Source: an uncultured bacterium
Lineage (GTDB): Bacteria; Patescibacteriota; Minisyncoccia; Phycocordibacterales; Phycocordibacteraceae
Reading direction: 5' to 3'
Assembly (NCBI GenBank): GCA_937879955.1
Contig: CALFMK010000001.1
Location: forward strand, 506,356-570,355
Length of the DNA stretch: 64,000 bases
Each line of letters opens with the position of its first letter. Positions within the stretch are counted from its first letter, which is position 1. Below the pieces are notes generated by a model. That model was not told the DNA's origin. It did not search any database and saw only the letters and a list, made by a program, of their open reading frames with translations. The position numbers and the translations under genes are program-made. Positions 55,465-64,000 of this stretch are shown piece after piece.

Positions 55465-55938
55465 ATGGCTGATGAAGAGATCAAGCAGGAGGAGGCGGTC
55501 GAGGAGACTGCAGCCCCTGTAGCAGAGGCAGCAGCTCCGGCTGCTCCAGAGGCAGAGGTAGAGGTTCCTGAGAAGTTCAAGAAGATCGTCGCTTCGATCG
55601 AGGAGATGTCCGTCCTCGAGCTCTCCGAGCTCGTGAAGGTCTTCGAGAAGAAGTTCGGGGTGTCGGCAGCGGCAGTCGCCGTTGCTGGTCCTGCGGCAGG
55701 CGGCGCAGCGGGCGGCGAGGATGCGAAGAGCACCTTCACCGTCGAGCTCTCCGACGCAGGTGCGAACAAGATCCAGGTGATCAAGGTCGTGAAGGAGGCC
55801 CTCGGCCTCGGCCTCAAGGAGGCAAAGGACCTCGTCGATGGCGCTCCTTCCGTCGTGAAGGAAAACCTCGGCAAGGACGATGCAGACGCCCTCAAGGCGA
55901 AGATCGAGGAGGCAGGAGGCAAGGTTACCCTCAAGTAA
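55465..55938 (+). CDS. rplL: 50S ribosomal protein L7/L12 (extended Ala/Glu-rich N-terminus)
   Basis: C-terminal domain [56 protein letters not shown] is canonical L7/L12. Confidence 0.9.
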   Translation: MADEEIKQEEAVEETAAPVAEAAAPAAPEAEVEVPEKFKKIVASIEEMSVLELSELVKVFEKKFGVSAAAVAVAGPAAGGAAGGEDAKSTFTVELSDAGANKIQVIKVVKEALGLGLKEAKDLVDGAPSVVKENLGKDDADALKAKIEEAGGKVTLK

Positions 55939-55953
55939 CACCCCCCTGTTCCA

Positions 55954-55990
55954 AGCGAAAGGCATCCGCGAAAGCGGGTGCCTTTCGCTT
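55954..55990. repeat. 37-bp terminator hairpin, copy 1 of direct repeat flanking Fic gene
   Basis: AGCGAAAGGCATCCGCGAAAGCGGGTGCCTTTCGCTT; 36/37 identical to 57221..57257. Confidence 0.8.
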
Positions 55991-56079
55991 TTAAAGATAG
56001 TTGCGATAGGTTGACGACATATTAACTAAATACTAAGATAGTATCTATTAGATTAATAGATGCCAACTAACATATCTCC

Positions 56080-57207
56080 ATGCTGATCGGCAAAAACATA
56101 AAGCAAAAAGAGGGTTTCTCTGCGTTCGTTCCTGAGCCTTTCCCGCCCGTGGGACTGGGTGATTTTTCGCATGAGCTCCTCATTAAGGCGGCAGAAGCGG
56201 ACCGTCTGGTGGGGAAGCTCGATGGTGTAACGCACACGCTTCCGGATCTCGACTTCTTCCTCAAGATGTTCGTGACGAAGGACGCTACGTCGTCAGCGCA
56301 GATCGAAGGGACGAAGGCGACGATCATTGATGCTATCGAGATGGATGCTGGTATCGCTACGACGCAGACCGATGCGGATGACATTCTCTACTACGTGAAA
56401 GCGCTTCATTATGGAAGCGAGAGGCTCGCCAATTTCCCGCTATCGCTCAGGCTTATACGGGAGATACACGGACAGCTCATGACAGGAGCGCGCTCCTCGC
56501 ATTTTGCCGACCCAGGCTCCTTTCGGAGGACGCAGAATTGGATTGGAGGAACGTCGCCATCGAACGCGCTCTTCGTGCCGCCTCCGGTTCAGGAGATGAT
56601 GCGGGCGCTCGGCGACCTCGAGGCATTCCTTCACGACGAGATGCAGACGCTCCCAATAATGCATATCGCCCTCACTCACGCGCAGTTCGAAACGATCCAC
56701 CCGTTTCTCGATGGTAACGGGCGTACCGGGCGCTTGCTTATAACCATGATGCTCTGTCATCGTGAACTGCTTGAGCGTCCGGTGCTCTTCCTTTCTTCCT
56801 ATTTCAAGAAGCATCAGAAGACCTACTACACGCGCCTGAACGGATACCACGAAGGGGACGTGGAGCCCTGGGTGGACTTCTTCCTCGATGGCGTAATAGA
56901 GACTGCGAATAATTCGATCGCGATCTCTAAGGAAGTCAGAAAAATCAGAGACGAAGACATGGCGAAGATCCTCAAGCTCGCGAAGCGGGAATCGGAGAGC
57001 GGCGTGCTCGTGCTCTCGAAGCTATTCGGAAATCCTATCGTAACGACCCGTACGATAATGGAGTGGACCAATTTCTCCCGAGCGGGAGCACAAAAGCTCA
57101 TCGAACGCTTCATCGTGCTCGGCATCTTGCAGGCCCGGGAGGAGAAGGGGACCTACGATCGCACGTACGTGTACAAGACCTATCTCGACGTGTTCACGAA
57201 GTCGTAA
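56080..57207 (+). CDS. fic: Fic/Doc family protein (putative AMPylator) with N-terminal inhibitory helix motif and C-terminal wHTH
   Basis: Fic motif HPFLDGNGRTGRLL; N-terminal SSAQIEGT (S/TxxxE(G/N) inhibitory motif); lower GC than flanks; AT-rich promoter region 55991..56079. Confidence 0.9.
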   Translation: MLIGKNIKQKEGFSAFVPEPFPPVGLGDFSHELLIKAAEADRLVGKLDGVTHTLPDLDFFLKMFVTKDATSSAQIEGTKATIIDAIEMDAGIATTQTDADDILYYVKALHYGSERLANFPLSLRLIREIHGQLMTGARSSHFADPGSFRRTQNWIGGTSPSNALFVPPPVQEMMRALGDLEAFLHDEMQTLPIMHIALTHAQFETIHPFLDGNGRTGRLLITMMLCHRELLERPVLFLSSYFKKHQKTYYTRLNGYHEGDVEPWVDFFLDGVIETANNSIAISKEVRKIRDEDMAKILKLAKRESESGVLVLSKLFGNPIVTTRTIMEWTNFSRAGAQKLIERFIVLGILQAREEKGTYDRTYVYKTYLDVFTKS

Positions 57208-57220
57208 TCAGAGTCCGCTG

Positions 57221-57257
57221 AGCGAAAGGCACCCGCGAAAGCGGGTGCCTTTCGCTT
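57221..57257. repeat. 37-bp terminator hairpin, copy 2 of direct repeat flanking Fic gene
   Basis: AGCGAAAGGCACCCGCGAAAGCGGGTGCCTTTCGCTT. Confidence 0.8.
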
Positions 57258-57311
57258 GATTCGTCAAGGTTGCGCCCCCAGGTCCGGAATAGGTACAATG
57301 CCCCCACGTTC

Positions 57312-57890
57312 ATGGATCCGCTTGCCCGACTCTTTGGTTCTCCTGCGCGCGTAAAGCTCCTGCGCCTCTTCCTGTTCAACGATGAGCTCACGTTCCTCGC
57401 GGCAGATGCCGCGTTCCGCGCGCGCCTCTCGAAGGATGCGACCCGCAAGGAGCTGACCCAGCTCGTGGCCGCAGGCATCGTCCGCAAGAAGACGGGGAAG
57501 GGTCCGCTCGGCTACACGGCCGACAAGCGCTTCGCGCACTTCGAGGCGCTCAAGGTGTTCCTGCGCACCACGACCGACGTGAGCGATACGGCGATCGTGA
57601 CCTCGCTCAAGAAGGCCGGCACCGTCCGCCTCGTGGTGCTCTCGGGCCTCTTCACCGGCGCGATCGAGTCGAAGGTGGACGTTCTCATTGTGGGGGACCG
57701 GATGGAGGAGAAGCCGCTCGCGTCTGCGATCCACGTGCTCGAGGCCGAGCTCGGCCGCGAGCTCCGCTACGCCTGCTTCTCGACCGAGCAGTTCAAGTAC
57801 CGTCTCGGCGTCTACGACCGCCTCCTCAGGGATGTCTTCGATTATCCGAACCGGATCATCATCGACAAGATCGGGCTCGCAGCGAAGTAA
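57312..57890 (+). CDS. hypothetical protein
   Basis: about 192 aa from MDPLARLFG (ORF begins 57270); no family recognised. Confidence 0.5.
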   Translation: MDPLARLFGSPARVKLLRLFLFNDELTFLAADAAFRARLSKDATRKELTQLVAAGIVRKKTGKGPLGYTADKRFAHFEALKVFLRTTTDVSDTAIVTSLKKAGTVRLVVLSGLFTGAIESKVDVLIVGDRMEEKPLASAIHVLEAELGRELRYACFSTEQFKYRLGVYDRLLRDVFDYPNRIIIDKIGLAAK

Positions 57891-58019
57891 GGCCGGCAGG
57901 GAAGCCGGCTTTTCTCGTTCCCGGACTGTCCACACGCACCCCTTTCATGAAGCCGCACCTTGCTACACTTATTCTATTAACGGAGTCATGCCGCTAATAC
58001 GCTAATTAATACCAATCCT

Positions 58020-58697
58020 ATGTTCCTCACTACCTGGGCAGATGTGCTCACACAGTCCTTCCAGAACCTGTTCTACGGACTCGTCGCGTTCATCCCTAAC
58101 TTAGTCATCGCGCTCGTCATCTTCGTGATCGGCTGGCTCGTGGGTGCCGGCATCGGCCGCCTCATCGCGCAGGTCGTCTCGTCGCTCCGCGTCGACCAGG
58201 CGCTCCGCGCCGCCGGCGTCGAGCGCGTCGTCGAGCGTGCAGGGTTCTCGCTCAACGCGGGCGCGTTCCTCGGCTTCCTCGTGAAGTGGTTCTTCATCAT
58301 CGTATTCCTCGTGGCGGCCCTCGACGTGCTCGGCCTCACGCAGGTGACGGCATTCCTCACGGGCGTCGTCCTCGGCTACCTCCCGCAGGTGATCGTGGCG
58401 GTGTTCATTCTCCTCCTCGCGGCGGTCATCGCCGAGGCAGCGCAGCGCGTCGTCGCGGGCGCTGCTCGCGCGGCGAACGTCCGCGCGGCGAACCTGCTCG
58501 GTGCGGTCGCTCGCTGGGCTATCTGGATCTTCGCGATCCTCGTAGCGCTCGAGCGCCTCGGCGTCTCGCCGCTCATACAGACCCTTTTCACGGGCATCGT
58601 CGTAGCGCTCGCGCTCGCGTTCGGTCTCGCGTTCGGTCTCGGCGGCCAGGCAGCCGCAGCGAAGTACATCGAGAAGATCCAGCACGAGATCAAGTAG
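58020..58697 (+). CDS. membrane protein with repeated conserved-TM-helix motifs
   Basis: 225 aa; internal duplication (RAAGVERVVERAGFSLNAGAFLGFLVKWFFII / RAANLLGAVARWAIWIFAILVALERLGVS), 4-5 TM helices; terminator 58722..58752. Confidence 0.55.
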   Translation: MFLTTWADVLTQSFQNLFYGLVAFIPNLVIALVIFVIGWLVGAGIGRLIAQVVSSLRVDQALRAAGVERVVERAGFSLNAGAFLGFLVKWFFIIVFLVAALDVLGLTQVTAFLTGVVLGYLPQVIVAVFILLLAAVIAEAAQRVVAGAARAANVRAANLLGAVARWAIWIFAILVALERLGVSPLIQTLFTGIVVALALAFGLAFGLGGQAAAAKYIEKIQHEIK

Positions 58698-58783
58698 GTC
58701 TCACTGGCAGAAGGCAAAAGCCCCGCATCTGCGGGGCTTTTGCTATACCGGACCCCTCGGAGGAGGGGAGCCCGGTCCGTAAT

Positions 58784-58812
58784 TTGACACTGGTAATGCA
58801 GCCGTATATACT
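58784..58812 (+). promoter_or_regulatory. putative rRNA promoter (TTGACA-N17-TATACT)
   Basis: near-consensus sigma-70 hexamers about 240 nt upstream of 23S; second weaker TTGACA-N18-TAATCA at 58931. Confidence 0.5.
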
Positions 58813-59594
58813 CCTCTTACGTGTTAAAGACCAAGAAATTAGTAACCAAACGGAGCGGATAAGCGAAAGCCGTAAGGCTCTCGACACCGCCCCGCACGGG
58901 GCTTTTTTCTTGAAAGGGCACGCAGGTCGTTGACAGACGAATATGCAAATAGGTAATCAACGCCGCTAGGCGTGGACGTTCGCGTCCATGGCTGGCGGAT
59001 TGAATATTGCAGAATCACACAATCGTTAGAAAGTGGTGTTCAGGTTTCCGCACAGGAGACATGAAGGGTGCACGGTGGATGCCTAGGCTTGCGACAGCGA
59101 TGAAGGACGCGACTAATCAGCGAAATGCTTCGGGGAGGCGATTTGTAGCCTTTGATCCGGAGGTGTCCGAATGGGGAAACCCAACCAGCAATGGTTACCT
59201 CTCAATATTTTGTAGAGGAGCGAACCCAGGGAAGTGAAACATCTCAGTACCTGGAGGAATAGAAAACAACAACGAGTTGCGTTCCGTCTATTCGATGCTT
59301 CGAGTAGATGGAACGCGACTCTCGTGATTCCCTAAGTAGCGGCGAGCGAAACGGGAATAGCCCAAACCTGATACTTCGGTATCAGGGGTTGTAGGGCGGA
59401 AGCGCCGTACTTGATACGGCACAAGTTACAAAAGTTCTACATAGCAGAAGAAGCTGGAAAGCTTCGCCCCAGAGGGTAATGGCCCCGTATGCGAAATGTA
59501 AAACCCTTGTGAGCTTCCGATCCTGAGTAGTTCGAGACACGAATAGCTCGGATGAATCTGCCGGAACTAACCGGTAAGGCTAAATATGTCGCAG

Positions 59595-59640
<46 letters not shown>

Positions 59641-61079
59641 GAGAGGGGAGTGAAATAGAACTGAAACCGTGTACTTACAAAGGGTTAGGGTGGGCTCCGG
59701 TCCATCCTAGCGTGCCTATTGAAGAATGAGCCTGCGAGTTTATGTATGTCGCTTCGGCTAAGCCCGTTACGGGGCGGAGCCACAGGGAAACCGAGTGTTA
59801 ATAGCGCGTCCGTGTCATACATAAGACCCGAAGCCAGGTGAGCTTGCCATGAGCAGGGTGAAGTCTGTCGAAAGACAGATGGAGGCCCGAACCCGTATGT
59901 CGTACAACGCATTGGGATGACTTGTGGTAAGGAGTGAAAAGCTAATCGAACCTGGTAATAGCTGGTTCTCTCCGAAACATCTTTTGGGATGGCGTCGCGT
60001 GGTCCCCTTGGGGGTAGAGCACTGGAAGGGATGAACAGGGAGAAATCTCGTCATTCCTATCAAACTCCGAATACCAAGGATTATGAGCGCGGCAGTTAGA
60101 CGGTGGGGGCGAAGCTCCACACGTCGAAGGGGGAAGAGCCCTGGATCGCCAGTTAAGGTCCCTAAATCTACGCTAAGTACAACTTAAGGAAGTGAGGATT
60201 CATTGACAATGAGGATGTTGGCTTAGAAGCAGCCACCATTTAAAGAAAGCGTAACAGCTCACTCATCGAGAGTCCTTGCGCCGAAGATGATCGGGGTTAA
60301 GCGTAGTACCGAAACTGCGGGAATGGAGATCCTCCGGGATCTCCATTCGGTAGGAGAGCGTTCCGTTCTGCTGTGAAGCTAAAGGGGTGACCCATAGTGG
60401 AGCGTACGGAAGTGAGAATGCAGGCACAAGTAACCACAATGCGGGTGAGAACCCCGCACGTCGAAAGAACGAGGTTTCCTCAGCTATGACGATCAACTGA
60501 GGGTTAGTCGGGCCTTAGGGGATGGCGAAAGCCGCACCTGATGGACACAGGGTTAATATTCCCTGACCGATCATATGTGCGATGGAGTGACGGATTGCTG
60601 TATCTATGGCCCATTATTGGATTTGGGTTGGTGCCGTGAGGAGGCTTGGTAGGTAAATCCGCCAGGCGCTACTCCGAGCGGAAAAACAATGTTCTCCTTC
60701 GGGGGAGCAGAGCATAGAGAGCGCGGTTCCAAGAAAAACTTCTAAGCTTCAGCATATGACGACCGTACCGGAAACCGACACAGGTGTTCAGGTCGAGTAG
60801 ACTAAGACGAACGAGTGAGAGGTCCTCAAGGAACTCGGCAAAAAAGCGGCCGTAAGTTAGCGATAAGGCCTGCCCCTAGCAATAGGGGCCGCAGCGAAAG
60901 ATTTTCTGCCAACTGTTTACCAAAAACACAGCTCCCTGCGAACTCGTAAGAGGATGTATAGGGGGTGACGCCTGACCAATGCCGGAAGGTCAAGCAGGGA
61001 CGGTACATTGATTTCGATTGATGTGCTAGGCCCTATAAGCCCCGGTGAATGTCGGCGATAACTATAATCGTCCTAAGGT

Positions 61080-61275
61080 CCTGCATCTGAGCGATCGGAT
61101 GCAGGACGGATTGGGGCGGTTATAGGAGACCGTAAACAGTTCTGAGAAGATTACGTCATCAAAAGCTACCTCTTCAGACCGGAAGGTCTGTTGAATCCGC
61201 GACTCACATGAGAGGCCATACGTCGCGCCCCTAGCAATAGGGTGAAGATATGGTCCTACGTTAAAGGAATAGTAG
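61080..61275 (+). mobile_element. putative group I intron (about 196 nt, no ORF) in 23S domain IV
   Basis: interrupts conserved CCUAAGGU|AGCG; 5' exon ends in U, insert ends in G, contains GAAGATATGGTCC resembling group I P7/P9.0 consensus AAGAUAUAGUCC. Confidence 0.5.
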
Positions 61276-61936
61276 AGCGTAATTCCTTGTCTGGTAAGTT
61301 CAGACGTGCACGAATGGCGTAATGAGTGGAAAACTGTCTCGAGGACTTGCTCGGTGAAAATGCAATACCGGTGAAGATGCCGGTTACCTGTAGTTAGACG
61401 AAAAGACCCCAGGAGCTTTACTACAGCTTGGTATTGGGGTTGTGTGTCGTATGCGTAGCATAGGTGGGAGACTTTGAAGCGTACCTCTTGGGGTACGTGG
61501 AGTCGCCAGTGAAATACCACTCTTACGATGTGCAACTTCTAACCCGCGTAAGAACTACGTGGGGACAGTGCCTGGCGGGTAGTTTTGGTGGGGCGCTATC
61601 CTCCTAAAAAGTAACGGAGGAGTCTATTAAGGTTGGCTAGGCGCGAATGGAAACCGTGCCGATAGTGTAATGGCACAAGCCAGCTTAACTGTAAGGGGTA
61701 CATCCCGCACAGATGCGAAAGCAGAGCATAGTGAACCGATGGTCCGCCTTAGATGCGGCCAGAGATTAACGGATAAAAGTTACCCTGGGGATAACAGGCT
61801 AGTTCCGCCCAAGCGTCCATAGCGACGGCGGAGTTCGGCACCTCGATGTCGGCTCACCTTAGCGCGGGGCTGGAGAAGGTCCCAAGCGTATGGCTGTTCG
61901 CCATTTAAAAAGGTACGCGAGCTGGGTTCAAACCGT

Positions 61937-62249
61937 GTGGGGCTCGAATCTTCGGATTCGTTCCTCACACCGTTTGAATCCCTTCGAGATTTCTGTTGTC
62001 AGAATTCGAAAAAGTGCGAAAGAATGAGAGTGAATGTCTTTTCGTCTTGAAACTAAGATAGAACCAACCACGACACGGCGGCGTGTTCCTGAAAGGGGAC
62101 ACGGGAAGCTGACTGGTATCGGTGGAACCCTACTCGAAAGAGGGGCGACACCGAGGGAAGCCGAAAGGCGCCCGTAGAGACTGAACGTCAGACACCCGGA
62201 AGGGTGATATTACAGTCCGATCCTCCGAGTAATCGGAGCAAACGAAATG
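61937..62249 (+). mobile_element. putative group I intron (about 313 nt, no ORF) in 23S domain V at the I-CreI/I-CeuI-type site
   Basis: interrupts conserved AACGU|CGUGAGACAG; ends in G; contains GATATTACAGTCCGATCC resembling AAGAUAUAGUCGGACC of group I introns. Confidence 0.5.
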
Positions 62250-62643
62250 CGTGAGACAGGTTGGTCTCCTATCTACTACAGGCGTTGATTCTTGAGGAGA
62301 CTTGCCCCTAGTACGAGAGGACCGGGGTGAACTGACCTCTGGTCTACGAGCTGTCACGCCAGTGGCATCGCTCGGTAGCTATGTCGGGATGTGATAACTG
62401 CTGAAAGCATATAAGCGGGAAGCACGCTCCAAGATTAGGAATCGTTATGAGGCTCCTAGAAGATGACTAGGTTGATAGGCTTTAGATGGAAGCGCAGTAA
62501 TGCGTTGAGTCGAGAAGTACTAATATGCCCAGACTTCTGTGCGGAACTCTGTATGTCACATCTGATGATGCGTGACTGCAATATTGAATGGAGATCCTAT
62601 TTGCATATTCGTCCGTCTGCGAAGACGGAGAAAACGTGCGTAT

Positions 62644-62754
62644 GATGCTGGTGATTTATCGGGAGGGCCACACCCGTTCTCATTCCGAACACGGCAGTTA
62701 AGCCTCCTTGAGCCGATGGTACTCGTAAGGGGAGAGTAGGTTGTCGCCAGCATC
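62644..62754 (+). rRNA. rrf: 5S ribosomal RNA
   Basis: helix I GATGCTGGTGA/TCGCCAGCATC, loop CCGAACACGGCAGTTAAGC, GGTACTCGTAAGGGGAGAGTAGG; about 100 nt after 23S. Confidence 0.85.
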
Positions 62755-62778
62755 ATGCGCATGTTCTTTCCATACGGT

Positions 62779-62805
62779 TAAAGCCGCCCTCACGGGCGGC
62801 TTTTG
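62779..62805. terminator. rRNA operon terminator hairpin
   Basis: AAAGCCGCCCTCACGGGCGGCTTTT. Confidence 0.75.
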
Positions 62806-62858
62806 CTATTTCCTGCGGGAGTGATAGAACGGGTGAGGACAGTGAAAGGAGGGCGCGT

Positions 62859-63326
62859 ATGCCCGATGAGACAATCACGTTTTTGGGTGGCAGGCTCTAT
62901 GACGTCCTGCCTTCCTCGGATGGCGCGCGATATGCCGAGGAGTCGTACTACTTTTTCACGGGCTACGTACCGTCCGTAGCCGGGTTCATGGAGCTTCGTG
63001 CGCTCTTTGAGGAGCGCGCGGCCGCCGATTCGTGCAAGAGCATCATCGTGCTCGGCGCGTTCGATGATTTCGCCGGCCTGCCTGATCCGTCGGGTCTGGC
63101 GCGGATCCCGAGCCTCGTGTTCTGGGCACGGGCTCGTCCCGCGGTCGGTGCTGAGCGCATCGGCATCAGTCTCCTCGAGTACCGGTACGAGGAGCCGTCC
63201 CCGCCAGTACCCTCACGCGACTGCGTCATCGGGCCCATCGTCTCTACGGAGCCGTACTATACGCGGTTCCTCGATCAGTGGGGTCGTCCGCCACGGACGC
63301 TCGGGAGGATGGCCCAGAAGAGATGA
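62859..63326 (+). CDS. hypothetical protein
   Basis: 155 aa; AAGGAGGG SD; followed by hairpin terminator 63326..63362. Confidence 0.5.
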   Translation: MPDETITFLGGRLYDVLPSSDGARYAEESYYFFTGYVPSVAGFMELRALFEERAAADSCKSIIVLGAFDDFAGLPDPSGLARIPSLVFWARARPAVGAERIGISLLEYRYEEPSPPVPSRDCVIGPIVSTEPYYTRFLDQWGRPPRTLGRMAQKR

Positions 63327-63380
63327 AGCCGGCCGCCGCGTTCTCGAACGCGGCGGCTTTTCCTATATACTGGTACGCAT

Positions 63381-64000
63381 ATGGCACTCACCTGGTCCGA
63401 TAGGCGCCGCGCGTGGATCATCGCAGGATTCGCGATCGTCGCCCTGCTCGTAGTCTCCGGCATCGCCTTCGCGGTCATGTACCAGGTGCCGTCCTGCACG
63501 GACGGGAAGCAGAACGCGGACGAGGCGGGAGTGGACTGCGGCGGGTCCTGCGCATACCTCTGCACGGCGGATGTGGACGCGCCGCGCGTTACCTTCGCGC
63601 GCACGGTCGCAAGCGCGGGACGCACCGACGTGATCGCGTACGTGGAGAACAGGAACCGCGATGCGGAGGCGAAGGCCGCGACGTTCTCGGTGGAGGTGTT
63701 CGACGAGGCCGGCGCGCCGCTCGGCAAGCGCGAGGGAACGATCGACCTCCCGGCGCGCGCCGTGGTGCCTGTCTTCGTCCCGGGCATCCTCGCCGGCATC
63801 GGTACCGCTCCGCGCGCATTCATCTCCTTCGATGACAGCATGCAGTGGCGCACGCCGACCGGAGACGCGTCGTCGTTCGTGGTGTCGAGCGTCGCGCTCA
63901 CGCAGGGCGCGCAGCCGCGCGTGACCGCGAAGATAGGGAACACGTCCGCGACGGCCGCCTATGGCCGGACCGCGATCGCTACCGTCTTCGACGCGGACGG
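63381..64000 (+). CDS. hypothetical membrane-anchored protein (5' partial, continues beyond window)
   Basis: ATG after TATATACTGGT box; MALTWSDRRRAWIIAGFAIVALLVVSGIAFAV TM anchor then Cys-containing extracellular segment; open to window end, not in ORF track for lack of stop. Confidence 0.4.
   Translation, partial: MALTWSDRRRAWIIAGFAIVALLVVSGIAFAVMYQVPSCTDGKQNADEAGVDCGGSCAYLCTADVDAPRVTFARTVASAGRTDVIAYVENRNRDAEAKAATFSVEVFDEAGAPLGKREGTIDLPARAVVPVFVPGILAGIGTAPRAFISFDDSMQWRTPTGDASSFVVSSVALTQGAQPRVTAKIGNTSATAAYGRTAIATVFDAD

Overview
High-GC (about 64%) bacterial chromosomal segment, densely coded with standard genetic code. Gene content is mostly housekeeping. It includes recombination and repair genes (ruvC-yebC-ruvB, ruvA, ruvX, recO-like, recA, ssb, ftsK, polA) and four aminoacyl-tRNA synthetases (argS, ileS, glyQS, metG). 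A compact dTMP-synthesis cluster is present (folA, dcd-like, thyA, tmk, glyA). Ribosomal protein genes include rpsT, rplS, secE-nusG-rplK, rpsF-ssb-rpsR and rplJ-rplL. Nine tRNA genes and a 23S-5S rRNA pair with no adjacent 16S are present. A type IV pilus ATPase and three prepilin-like genes are scattered through the window. Small size of many proteins, type IV pilins, a lamin-tail-domain secreted protein, large surface proteins, apparent absence of rplA between rplK and rplJ, and intron-like insertions in 23S are together consistent with a CPR/Parcubacteria-like organism. This is inference only. The items most worth a second look: (1) IleRS with a complete histidine-phosphatase (phosphoglycerate-mutase-like RHG...H) domain inserted into it. 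(2) A lower-GC Fic-family gene flanked by a duplicated 37-bp terminator hairpin directly after rplJL. (3) Two ORF-less group I-intron-like insertions in 23S rRNA at known homing sites, plus a free-standing double-motif LAGLIDADG endonuclease next to tRNA-Leu/tRNA-His. (4) A lower-GC HTH/LAGLIDADG-like ORF wedged between two tRNA-Arg genes. (5) A split rplK / rplJL arrangement with no rplA. No CRISPR array was seen. Many long antisense ORFs in the track are high-GC artefacts.
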